NCBI GenBank assembly: GCA_002269645.1 | Contig: NIVC01003572.1 | Coordinates: 1 to 37,803 of the forward strand | Source: Macrostomum lignano | Lineage: Eukaryota | DNA: 37,803 bases | Direction: 5' to 3' | Shown here: positions 9,990 through 20,139 of the stretch, one piece after another | Numbering within the stretch: position 1 is the stretch's first letter | Layout of the letters: each line of letters opens with the position of its first letter | Notes under the pieces: generated by a model | The model's database searches: none | Seen by the model: only the letters and a program-made list of their open reading frames with translations | What the model was told of the DNA's origin: nothing | Made by a program: the position numbers and the translations under genes

Positions 9990-12900
9990 TAGAGCTAATG
10001 TAATTCCCCAGCCGTCTACAGTTCCCCAGCTGTCTTCAATTCCCCAGCTGTCTACAATTCCCCAGCTGTCTACAATTCCCCAGCTGTCTACAATTCCCCA
10101 GCTGTCTACAGTTCCCCAGCTGTCTACAATTCCCCAGCCGTCTACAGTTCCCCAGCTGTCTTCAATTCCCCAGCTGTCTACAATTCCCCAGCTGTCTACA
10201 ATTCCCCAGCTGTCTACAATTCCCCAGCTGTCTACAATTCCCCAGCTGTCTACAATTCCCCAGCTGTCTACAATTCCCCAGCTGTCTACAATTCCCCAGC
10301 TGTCTACAATTCCCCAGCTGTCTATAATTCCCTCAGCATGTCAGAAGAGTTCCCTCAGTATATCAGAACAGTTCATTTCAGCATGTCAGAACAGTTCCCT
10401 CAGCATGTCAGAACAGTTCCCTCAGCATGTCAGAACAGTTCCCTCAGCATGTCAGAACAGTTCCCTCAGCATGTCAGAAAAGTTCCCTCAGCATGTCAGA
10501 AAAGTTCCCTCTGCATGTCAGAACAGTTCCCTCTGCATGTCAGAACAGTTCCCTCTGCATGTCAGAACAGTTCCCTCAGCATGTCAGAACAGTTTCCTCA
10601 GCATGTCAGAACAGTTCCCTCTGCATGTCAGAACAGTTTCCTCTGCATGTCAGAACAGTTCAATTCAGCATGTCAGAAAAGTTCCCTCAGCATGTCAGAA
10701 CAGTTCCCTCTGCATGTCAGAACAGTTCCCTCAGCATGTCAGAACAGTTCCCTCAGCATGTCAGAACAGTTCCCTCTGCATGTCAGAACAGTTTCCTCTG
10801 CATGTCAGAACAGTTCAATTCAGCATGTCAGAACAGTTCCCTCTGCATGTCAGAACAGTTCAATTCAGCATGTCAGAACAATTCCCTCTGCATGTCAGAA
10901 CAATTCCCTCAGCATGTCAGAACAGTTCAATTCAGCATGTCAGAACAATTCCCTCAGTATGTCAGAACAATTCCCTCAGCATGTCAGAACAGTTCCCGCA
11001 GCATGTCAGAACAGACCAGAGCTGCCCTCTGCATGTCAGAACAATATGCTCAAGTCATAACAGTTTCCATATTAGCAGATCTTAGACTTAATTGTTCGCA
11101 TGCACCCTGCAACTGATGCAAATCGCTATCATCAAACTCTGCTCAGTTTTGGTTTAATTGTCCCCAACTATTTCAGTCCAATCTTTCAATGGTATTGGCT
11201 GCTATCTCACAACGAATAAAGTGAATAATGAAGTGAAACTGGAACTAAAGCAAAATATTAAAATGTCGCACCGCGTTTGCGCTCTTGAGTGTGCCAGGAA
11301 AAGTCCCTTAAAGAGATACAAATACTTCGGCCTCGCCAATGGAGAAAACTGCCTGTGTGCATCGGAACTGCCTAGGAACGCAATCAAAGTCGATAACCCT
11401 GAAGTACATTGTTCGTATCGCTGCCCAGGAAATCACCTGCAGTCGTGCGGTGGCGAGAATGCAGCAGCGTATTTCAGCGTCAGCACAACACTGTCTTCTA
11501 TGAGAAAAGGTAATTAGATTGATTGACACAGAGCTAAGGCTGCTTATATTAGTGATGTTCTCAAGTAAAGTCCAATCACAACTTTACCATTCCAGATAAA
11601 TTCGAGCAGGGAGCGAAGGTCTATCCGGTTATTCCAGGTGAATTAAACTTGAAGCTTGTCAGTCGCATAATCTGTCTCATTACAATTAACTATTATAATC
11701 TTATGCGGATCTCATCCGCATGCACTTGTGCTCACTTGTTATTCATTTTCATTTTTAGCTTCAGATTCTCTGAAATGCTACGAAAATCGTCGTAAATTGA
11801 CAAAGGTGTTGCAAAGCAATGAGATGTCGCACCTTGTTTGCGCCTCCGAGTGTGTTAGGCGTGATCTCTACGGGAAAAAATTCAAATATTTCGCCATCAC
11901 CGATTCCGACACTTGCTTCTGTGCATCGACATTACCCACTTCAACGGAGAAAACAAAAAATACCTATTGTTCGTATCGGTGCCCAGGAAATCACAATCAG
12001 TCATGCGGGGCAGACCACAAGATAGCGTATTTCAACCTGAGCTCAACAACTGTTCCTCCAAAAAAAGGCAAGAATTTTGTCATATTACTGCCTGTGCATG
12101 AGCTGCTTCTGTTTCGAATGGAAACTGCTTTTTCACAAGCTGCCAAAAGTTCCAAAGACGTTCTTCATATCCAGCTGTCTACTATTCCCCAAATGTCTAC
12201 GATTCCCCAGCTGTCTACAATTCCCCAGCTGTCTATAATTCCCAACTGTCTACAATTCCCCAGCTGTCTACAATTCCCAACTGTCTACAATTCCCCAACT
12301 GTCTACAATTCCCCAACTGTCTACAGTTCCCCAGCTGTCTATAATTCCCAACTGTCTACAATTCCCCAGCTGTCTACAGTTCCCCAACTGTCTACAGTTC
12401 CCCAGCTGTCTACAATTCCCCAGCTGTCTACAGTTCCCCAGCTGTCTACCATTCCCCAGCTGTCTACAATTCCCCAGCTGTCTACAATTCCCCAGCTGTC
12501 TACAATTCCCCAGCTGTCTACCATTCCCCAGCTGTCTACAATTCCCCAGCTGTCTACCATTCCCCAACTGTCTACAGTTCCCCAGCTGTCTGCCATTCCC
12601 CAACTGTCTACAGTTCCCCAGCTGTCTACCATTCCCCAGCTGTCTACAATTCCCCAGCTGTCTACAATTCCCCAGCTGTCTACAATTCCCCAGCTGTCTA
12701 CAATTCCCCAGCTGTCTACAACTCCCCGGCAGTCTACCATTCCCCAACTGTCTACAGTTCCCCCAGCTGTCTACAATTCCCCAGCTGTCTACAATTCCCC
12801 AACTGTCTACAATTCCCCAGCTGTCTACAATTCCCCGGCAGTCTACCATTCCCCAACTGTCTAAAACTCCCCAGCTGTCTACAATTCCCCAACTGTCTAC

Positions 12901-15900
12901 AATTCCCCAGCTGTCTACAATTCCCCAGCTGTCTACAATTCCCCAGCTGTCTACAGTTCCCCAGCTGTCTACAATTCCCCAGCTGTCTACAGCTCCCCCA
13001 GCTGTCTACAATTCCCCCAGCTGTCTACAATTCCCCTGCTGTCTACAATTCCCCAGCTGTCTACAATTCCCCAGCTGTCTACAATTCCCCAGCTTTCTAC
13101 AATTCCCCAGCTGTCTACAGTTCCCCAGCTGTCTACAACTCCCCAGCTGTCTACCCTTCCCCAACTGTCTACAATTCCCCAGCTGTCTACAATTCCCCAG
13201 CTGTCTACAATTCCCCAGCTGTCTACCATTCCCCTGCTGTCTACAATTCCCCAGCTGTCTACCATTCCCCTGCTGTCTACAATTCCCCAGCTGTCTACCA
13301 TTCCCCAGCTGTCTACCATTCCCCTGCTGTCTACAATTCCCCGGCAGTCTACAATTCCCCAGCTGTCTACCATTCCCCTGCTGTCTACAATTCCCCAGCT
13401 GTCTACAATTCCCCAGCTGTCTACCATTCCCCTGCTGTCTACAATTCCACCAGCTGTCTACAATTCCCCAGCTGTCTACAATTCCCCAGCTGTCTACCAT
13501 TCCCCAGCTGTCTACCATTCCCCTGCTGTCTACAATTCCCCAGCTGTCTACAATTCCCCAGCTGTCTACCATTCCCTTGCTGTCTACAATTCCCCAGCTG
13601 TCTACAATTCCCCAGCTGTCTCGATTCCCCAGCTGTCTACAATTCCCCTGCTGTCTACAATTCCCCGGCAGTCTACAATTCCCTAGCTGTCTACCATTCC
13701 CCTGCTGTCTACAATTCCCCAGCTGTCTACAATTCCCCAGCTGTCTACAGTTCCCCCAGCTGTCTACAATTCCCCAGCTGTCTACAATTCCCCAGCTGTC
13801 TACAATTCCCCAGCTGTCTACAATTCCCCAGCTGTCTACAATTCCCCAGCTGTCTACAATTCCCCAGCTGTCTACAATTCCCCAGCTGTCTACCATTCCC
13901 CTGCTGTCTACAATTCCCCAGCTGTCTACAATTCCCCAGCTGTCTACCATTCACCAGCCGAACTTTCCATCTATCTTCCCAGCTGCAGCCGAGTTGCATT
14001 TTAAATCCTATCCGTCTATCAGTTTTCTCTCACTGATCTCTATCTGTAATTTTTTGCCCGCTTTGCCGTCTCTTGTCTTCTCTGTGGTGCATATCTCATT
14101 GCTTTTATTTGCTCCAGGATTAATTTGCCTGCTCTAATTTTCTATTATTCAGATAAATACGAGCAGGGAATGATGATACTTCCTGCGTTCACACTGGGTA
14201 AGTTACGATCTGAGTTACGTATTTCGGCGGTTTGAGCTGCTCTTACTTAAATTAATTTGTTTTAACCATTTCAGGTAACTTCCCTTTAGCCGGGTGCCTT
14301 TCTTTGCATCCTGGTTATATGATAAAAACTGTGCTGAACAAAAAAGTGATGACATATAGAGATTGCGCTCAAGAGTGTGTCAGAAAGGATTTCTACGAGA
14401 CTTACAAATACTTTGCCATTCAGAATATTAGGAAATGCTTGTGTGCAAAAAAAATACCTACGTCTGGGCATGGCGTTTCTAAAGTAGATGATAAACTGTG
14501 TAAAAGTCATTGTCCTATAGGCTCAAACGAGTATTGCGGAAGTCAAGGGCTTACGGCGTTTTTCAAGCTAACCCTACGAAAGCCAGGCAAGTATTCGGTG
14601 GCATCGCCGCCTTTCATGATAATAATTTTGCCCAATCCAACTGCAGCACATTACTTAATTTAATAATTAAGCATTTACTTAACTATCTGGTATCCATGCA
14701 GTAAATGCACCAGCTAATTCTCCCACGTGTCTACAATTCCCCAGTTGTCTACTCCTCCTCAGCTGAATACGATTCCCCAACTGTCTACAATTCCCCACTT
14801 GAGTACAATTCCCCAGTTAACTACAATTCCCTAGCTGTCTACAATTCCCCAGCTGACTACAATTCCCCAGCTAACTACAATTCCCCAGCTAACTACAATT
14901 CCCCAGCTGACTACAATTCCCCTGGTAACTACAATTCCCCAGCTGACTACAATGTGGGCCAATTTCAATTACGAATTATATACGACTGACTGCACATCAG
15001 AATATCAACTCATTTTGCACCCCTGTCCTATCCAGACTTATCCAGATTTGCAACTTCCGATATGGAATCTGCAGGTAAGACTTCAACTGCAGAGTTGATT
15101 TTAGACTTTTAAAACCATCAATTCATCATCTTTTTAATCAGTGTGTTTACTTGTCAGTTCAGCGTTTGACTTCTGCAGTTCCATTATGGCCCTTATATGT
15201 AGTTCTAATTTTAAAAAGTTGTAAGCGCAAGCTCTTAACGAATTTCGCTATTTTCCGCCGAGTACTGATCCACACTGCATCGTCATTAGCTCAGAATATC
15301 AATTCACTTCAACCCCTCTGCCCCTCCAGGCGAGTCCAAAAGTGGTCTGCAAACTCCAGATCCGAGATCGCACAGCGTCACAGCAAATCCAAGTGAGCTC
15401 AGCTGCAGAGTTGTTTTTAACCTGGCTGCACTTTTCCCTCAGCATGTCAGAACAGTTCCCTCAGCATGTCAGAACAGTTCCCTCAGCATGTCAGAACAGT
15501 TCCCTCAGTAAGTCAGAACAGTTCCCTCAGCATGTCAGAACAGTTTCCTCAGCATATCAGAACAGTTCCCTCAGCATGCCACAACAATTCCCTCAGCATG
15601 TCAGAACAGTTCCCTCAGCATGCCAGAACAGTTCCCTCAGCAAGTCAGAACAGTTCTCTCAGCATGTCAGAACAGTTCCCTCAGCATGCCAGAACAGTTC
15701 CCTCAGCAAGTCAGAACAGTTCTCTCAGCATGTCAGAACAGTTCCCTCAGTATGTCAGAACAATTCCCTCAGCATGTCAGAAAAACTCCTATATTGATGT
15801 AATGCTTTTCATGCAACATTTGACCACTTTTCCCCAACGGTTGCAGGAGATCCCATAGGATGCTATTCAATATACCAAGGCTATCCGATGGCAAAGCTGG

Positions 15901-18811
15901 AACTAATCGAAAAAGAAAAAATGTCGCACCGCGTTTGCGCTTTCGAGTGTCGCAAGAAAAATGCCTTGAAGAAATTCAAATACTTTAGCCTCGCCTTCGG
16001 TGACAGCTGCCTGTGTGCATCGGAACTGCCCCACGACTCGTACAGGCTGAGTATCGAGAAAGATTGTTCGATCCGCTGCCCAGCAAGTCACATGGAGTCG
16101 TGCGGTGGAGAAAGTGGAGCGGCGTATTTTAGCCTGAGCACAATAACCAACTCGCCGAACATTGGTAAGCTGTTGGCAAATTCGATTGGAAACTGAGACT
16201 GCTGAAGGTCACTTGCCAATTCTTGATCTTCTTGCAATTTACCTTACGATTTCAGATAAATTCGAGCAGGGAGTGAAGGTCTATCCGGTTATTCCAGGTG
16301 AATTAAACTTGAAGCTTGTCAGTCGCATAATCTGTCTCATTACAATTAACTATTATAATCTTATGCGGATCTCATCCGCATGCACTTGTGCTCACTTGTT
16401 ATTCATTTTCATTTTTAGCTTCAGATTCTCTGAAATGCTACGAAAATCGTCGTAAATTGACAAAGGTGTTGCAAAGCGATGATGAGATGTCGCACCTTGT
16501 TTGCGCCTCCGAGTGTGTTAGGCGTGATCTCTACGGGAAAAAATTCAAATATTTCGCCATCACCGATTCCGACACTTGCTTCTGTGCATCGACATTACCC
16601 ACTTCAACGGAGAAAACAAAAAATACCTATTGTTCGTATCGGTGCCCAGGAAATCACAATCAGTCATGCGGGGCAGACCACAAGATAGCGTATTTCAACC
16701 TGAGCTCAACAACTGTTCCTCCAGAAAAAGGCAAGAATTTTGTCATATTACTGCCTGTGCATGAGCTGCTTCTGTTTCGAATGGAAACTGCTTTTCACAA
16801 ACTACCAAAAGTTCCAAAGACGCTCTTCATATCCAGCTGTCTACAATTCCCCAGCTGTCTACAGTTCCCCAACTGTCTACAGTTCCCCAGCTGTCTACAA
16901 TTCCCCAGCTGTCTACAGTTCCCCAGCTGTCTACAGTTCCCCAACTGTCTACAATTCCCCAGCTGTCTACAGTTCCCCAACTGTCTACAATTCCCCAGCT
17001 GTCTACAGTTCCCCAGCTGTCTACCATTCCCCAACTGTCTACCATTCCCCAACTGTCTACCATTCCCCAGCTGTCTACAATTCCCCAACTGTCTACCATT
17101 CCCCAGCTGTCTACAATTCCCCAGCTGTCTACAATTCCCCAGCTGTCTACAATTCCCCAGCTGTCTACAATTCCCCAGCTGTCTACAATTCCCCAGCTGT
17201 CTACCATTCCCCTGCTGTCTACAATTCCCCAGCTGTCTACAATTCCCCAGCTGTCTACCATTCACCAGCCGAACTTTCCATCTATCTTCCCAGCTGCAGC
17301 CGAGTTGCATTTTAAATCCTATCCGTCTATCAGTTTTCTCTCACTGATCTCTATCTGTAATTTTTTGCCCGCTTTGCCGTCTCTTGTCTTCTCTGTGGTG
17401 CATATCTCATTGCTTTTATTTGCTCCAGGATTAATTTGCCTGCTCTAATTTTCTATTATTCAGATAAATACGAGCAGGGAATGATGATACTTCCTGCGTT
17501 CACACTGGGTAAGTTACGATCTGAGTTACGTATTTCGGCGGTTTGAGCTGCTCTTACTTAAATTAATTTGTTTTAACCATTTCAGGTAACTTCCCTTTAG
17601 CCGGGTGCCTTTCTTTGCATCCTGGTTATATGATAAAAACTGTGCTGAACAAAAAAGTGATGACATATAGAGATTGCGCTCAAGAGTGTGTCAGAAAGGA
17701 TTTCTACGAGACTTACAAATACTTTGCCATTCAGAATATTAGGAAATGCTTGTGTGCAAAAAAAATACCTACGTCTGGGCATGGCGTTTCTAAAGTAGAT
17801 GATAAACTGTGTAAAAGTCATTGTCCTATAGGCTCAAACGAGTATTGCGGAAGTCAAGGGCTTACGGCGTTTTTCAAGCTAACCCTACGAAAGCCAGGCA
17901 AGTATTCGGTGGCATCGCCGCCTTTCATGATAATAATTTTGCCCAATCCAACTGCAGCACATTACTTAATTTAATAATTAAGCATTTACTTAACTATCTG
18001 GTATCCATGCAGTAAATGCACCAGCTAATTCTCCCACGTGTCTACAATTCCCCAGTTGTCTACTCCTCCTCAGCTGAATACGATTCCCCAACTGTCTACA
18101 ATTCCCCACTTGAGTACAATTCCCCAGTTAACTACAATTCCCTAGCTGTCTACAATTCCCCAGCTGACTACAATTCCCCAGCTAACTACAATTCCCCAGC
18201 TAACTACAATTCCCCAGCTGACTACAATTCCCCTGCTAACTACAATTCCCCAGCTGACTACAATTCCCCTGCTAACTACAATTCCCCAGCTGACTACAAT
18301 TCCCCTGCTAACTACAATTCCCCAGCTGTCTACTCCTCCTCAGCTGTCTACAATTCCCCAGCTGAATACAATTCCCCAACTGTCTTACAATTCCCCACTT
18401 AAGTACAATTCGCCAGCTGTCTACGATTCCCCAGCTGACTACAATTCCCCAGCTGTCTACTCCTCCTCAGCTGTCTACAATTCCCCAGCTGAATACAATT
18501 CCCCAACTGTCTTACAATTCCCCACTTAAGTACAATTCGCCAGCTGTCTACGATTCCCCAGCTGACTACAATTCCCCAGCTGTCTACAATTCCCCCAGCT
18601 GTCTACAATTCCCTAATTGAGTAGAATTTCCCAGCTGACTACAATTCCCCAGCCGTCTACAGTTCCCCCAGATGTCTACAATTCCCCAGCTATCTACGAT
18701 GTCCCTAACAGTGCGCAAGTATGCACCCCACATTCCCTTGATGTCTACACTCATACTTAAACTGACTGTTAACATTCCATCGCCTTTCGTGACGAATTTC
18801 AGACAACTGAC
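8529..18811 (+). CDS. Probably secreted multi-WSC-domain protein (6 WSC domains). Exons: 8529-8607 (signal peptide), 8692-8757, 9042-9110, 9671-9757, 11177-11509, 11596-11637, 11765-12067, 14153-14197, 14275-14586, [15001-15074 and 15290/15295-15392 uncertain], 15847-16164, 16256-16297, 16425-16730, 17464-17508, 17586-17897, [18803- terminal, uncertain].
   Basis: ATG at 8529 gives MLRTVLLLFCMSAAIYGALSC, a signal-peptide-like start. Five of the six large exons carry the 8-Cys WSC pattern GC(Y/L)...CxxxC...CxC...CxxxC...CG; the B-type exons begin KCY. All well-supported internal exons are phase 1-1 with lengths divisible by 3. No TM segment was found. The 3' end is uncertain. Confidence 0.82.
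8692..8757 (+). CDS. WSC gene acidic linker exon (SEPDAAPETQEDAKEESDLGSP)
   Basis: ttttcag acceptor, gtgaga donor, 66 nt, phase 1-1. Confidence 0.72.
8888..9010. repeat. 22-bp minisatellite, array 1 (CCTCAGCATGTCAGAACAGTTC)
   Basis: About 5-6 tandem copies in a WSC gene intron. Confidence 0.9.
9042..9110 (+). CDS. WSC gene linker exon (AQSAAAPVVKKDPPKDESTSENP), paralogous to 8692-8757
   Basis: Shares the acceptor flank GCATTCAGGATA..CCTGCCACTTTTCAG with the previous exon. 69 nt, phase 1-1. Confidence 0.72.
9250..9487. repeat. 22-bp minisatellite, array 2
   Basis: About 11 near-perfect copies. Confidence 0.92.
9671..9757 (+). CDS. WSC gene linker exon (DHNSNSFQAPSEANAALHITEERSTPRSQ)
   Basis: actgcag acceptor, gtgaga donor, 87 nt, phase 1-1. 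Confidence 0.68.
9922..9984. repeat. (GA)n microsatellite, ~31 units
   Basis: Directly visible. Confidence 0.98.
10002..10332. repeat. 18-bp minisatellite, array 1 (ATTCCCCAGCTGTCTACA)
   Basis: About 18 copies that run directly into a 22-bp array. Confidence 0.93.
10330..11045. repeat. 22-bp minisatellite, array 3 (with CTG and TTCAATT variants)
   Basis: About 32 copies. Source of the spurious SEQFPQHVRT ORFs. Confidence 0.93.
11177..11509 (+). CDS. WSC domain exon A (VQSFNGIGCY...VCALEC...NCLC...HCSYRCPG...SCGG...AYFSV)
   Basis: 8 Cys in WSC spacing. tttcag/gtaatt boundaries, 333 nt, phase 1-1. Confidence 0.85.
11596..11637 (+). CDS. Linker mini-exon L (DKFEQGAKVYPVIP)
   Basis: ttccag/gtgaat boundaries, 42 nt. 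Duplicated at 16256-16297. Confidence 0.75.
11765..12067 (+). CDS. WSC domain exon B (DSLKCY...VCASEC...TCFC...YCSYRCPG...SCGA), ending at a GC donor
   Basis: 8 Cys, 303 nt. The donor AAG|GCAAGA falls where the paralogous exon A has AAG|GTAATT. Confidence 0.82.
12171..13958. repeat. 18-bp minisatellite, array 2 (~1.8 kb, ~99 units)
   Basis: Visible tandem array with occasional 1-nt indels. Confidence 0.95.
14153..14197 (+). CDS. Linker mini-exon L' (DKYEQGMMILPAFTL)
   Basis: ttcag/gtaagt boundaries, 45 nt. Paralog of L, duplicated at 17464-17508. Confidence 0.75.
14275..14586 (+). CDS. WSC domain exon C (GNFPLAGCL...DCAQEC...KCLC...LCKSHCP...YCGS), ending at a GC donor
   Basis: 8 Cys, 312 nt. 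The donor CAG|GCAAGT is a consensus GC donor. Confidence 0.82.
14725..14952. repeat. Degenerate 18-bp minisatellite, array 3 (CAGCTAACTACAATTCCC variants)
   Basis: Same family as the 18-mer, with AAC/GAC substitutions. Confidence 0.85.
15001..15392 (+). CDS. Two probable linker exons (15001-15074 and 15290/15295-15392) related to exon 9671-9757; reading frame ambiguous
   Basis: Both begin CAG|AATATCAA(C/T)TCA and end in donors (gtaaga, gtgagc) followed by ..CTGCAGAGTTG, like the flank of exon 9671-9757. Their individual lengths (74, 98 or 103 nt) are not multiples of 3. Confidence 0.4.
15436..15782. repeat. 22-bp minisatellite, array 4
   Basis: About 16 copies, upstream of WSC exon A'. Confidence 0.9.
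15847..16164 (+). CDS. WSC domain exon A' (DPIGCY...VCAFEC...SCLC...DCSIRCP...SCGG), diverged paralog of exon A
   Basis: ttgcag/gtaagc boundaries, 318 nt, 8 Cys. Confidence 0.85.
16256..16297 (+). CDS. Linker mini-exon L copy 2 (DKFEQGVKVYPVIP)
   Basis: One substitution relative to 11596-11637. Confidence 0.75.
16425..16730 (+). CDS. WSC domain exon B' (near-identical to B; GC donor)
   Basis: 306 nt. Differs from B by N>DD and K>E. Donor AAG|GCAAGA. Confidence 0.82.
16833..17270. repeat. 18-bp minisatellite, array 4 (~24 units), positional equivalent of array 2
   Basis: Same flanks as 12171-13958 but ~1.35 kb shorter. Confidence 0.93.
17464..17508 (+). CDS. Linker mini-exon L' copy 2
   Basis: Identical to 14153-14197. 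Confidence 0.75.
17586..17897 (+). CDS. WSC domain exon C' (identical to C; GC donor)
   Basis: 312 nt, same sequence as 14275-14586. Confidence 0.82.
18036..18700. repeat. Degenerate 18-bp minisatellite, array 5
   Basis: Equivalent of array 3, but longer. Confidence 0.85.
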
Positions 18812-19376
18812 ACAGCCGCTCCGAGGTTCAAGGGAACAGTCCGGCGCTGCACAGAATCAGTCGAGTAACCATAGCGGACTGATAGTGTTTTATTTTGTAA
18901 CCATGCTTTTTTATTAACTACAAGGCTTTCTGTAAGCCAGCCAATATTTCAGTTCCTTATCTGTAGCCAGGGAATCGTTCCCAAACAGTCGCATGATATT
19001 TATTATTTCTTATCTGAAAATTTCTATCATTTTTGTTTGCAATCTGTCGTGCACTTTACCCATAGCGCCTGTGATTTGACAGCGGAAGTCTGTATGTACT
19101 TAGGAGCTAAAATATTTAATTTATGCAGTGCGTAAAAATCCAGCTATTTGGCCTACCAATATTTAGTACTGTAGCTCCAGCCAATGGCCTCTTCAGTTGA
19201 ACTCAAATTTCAAGCAAACAAGTATTTAAAAGCACTTTTTCTTGCCTGGCTCAGTAGCCCCGTCTCTCTCTATTTTATATTTCATGCGGCATAATCAAAA
19301 CTAATAAAATCTGCGAGCTCGTTCAACAGTTGTCCGTCTTACTGTCGTGTCTGTTTAAATGCATTCCAGAAGCAAT

Positions 19377-20139
19377 TGGTAGAGAGCTGGAGATGGAGAC
19401 GGGAGGGTAGAGAACTGGAGATGGAGACGGGAGGGTAGAGAGCTGGAGATGGAGACGGGAGGGTAGAGAACTGGAGATGGAGACGGGAGGGTAGAGAACT
19501 GGAGATGGAGACGGGAGGGTAGAGAACTGGAGATGGAGACGGGAGGGTAGAGAAGTGGAGATGGAGACGGGAGGGTAGAGAACTGGAGATGGAGACGGGA
19601 GGGTAGAGAACTGGAGATGGAGACGGGAGGGTAGAGAACTGGAGATGGAGACGGGAGGGTAGAGAACTGGAGATGGAGACGGGAGGGTAGAGAACTGGAG
19701 ATGGAGACGGTAGGGTAGAGAACTGGAGATGGAGACGGGAGGGTAGAGAACTGGAGATGGAGACGGGAGGGTAGAGAACTGGAGATGGAGACGGGAGGGT
19801 AGAGAACTGGAGATGGAGACGGGAGGGTAGAGAACTGGAGATGGAGACGGTAGGGTAGAGAACTGGAGATGGAGACGGGAGGGTAGAGAACTGGAGATGG
19901 AGACGGGAGGGTAGAGAACTGGAGATGGAGACGGGAGGGTAGAGAACTGGAGATGGAGACGGGAGGGTAGAGAACTGGAGATGGAGACGGGAGGGTAGAG
20001 AACTGGAGATGGAGACGGTAGGGTAGAGAACTGGAGATGGAGACGGGAGGGTAGGGAGCTGGAGATGGAGACGGGAGGGTAGGGAGCTGGAGATGGAGAT
20101 GGGAGGGTAGGGAGCTGGAGATGGAGACGGTAGGGTAGA
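19377..20139. repeat. 28-bp purine-rich minisatellite (GAGAACTGGAGATGGAGACGGGAGGGTA), ~27 copies
   Basis: Visible array. The 28-aa period of the minus-strand PSPSP ORFs equals 3 x 28 nt. Confidence 0.95.

Noticed and set aside
10338-11116. SEQFPQHVRT repeat ORFs as proteins
   Set aside because: All three frames are open only because of the 22-bp repeat, and they lie in a WSC gene intron.
12268-13999. GNCRQL / GIVDSW minus-strand ORFs
   Set aside because: These are antisense translations of the 18-bp array.
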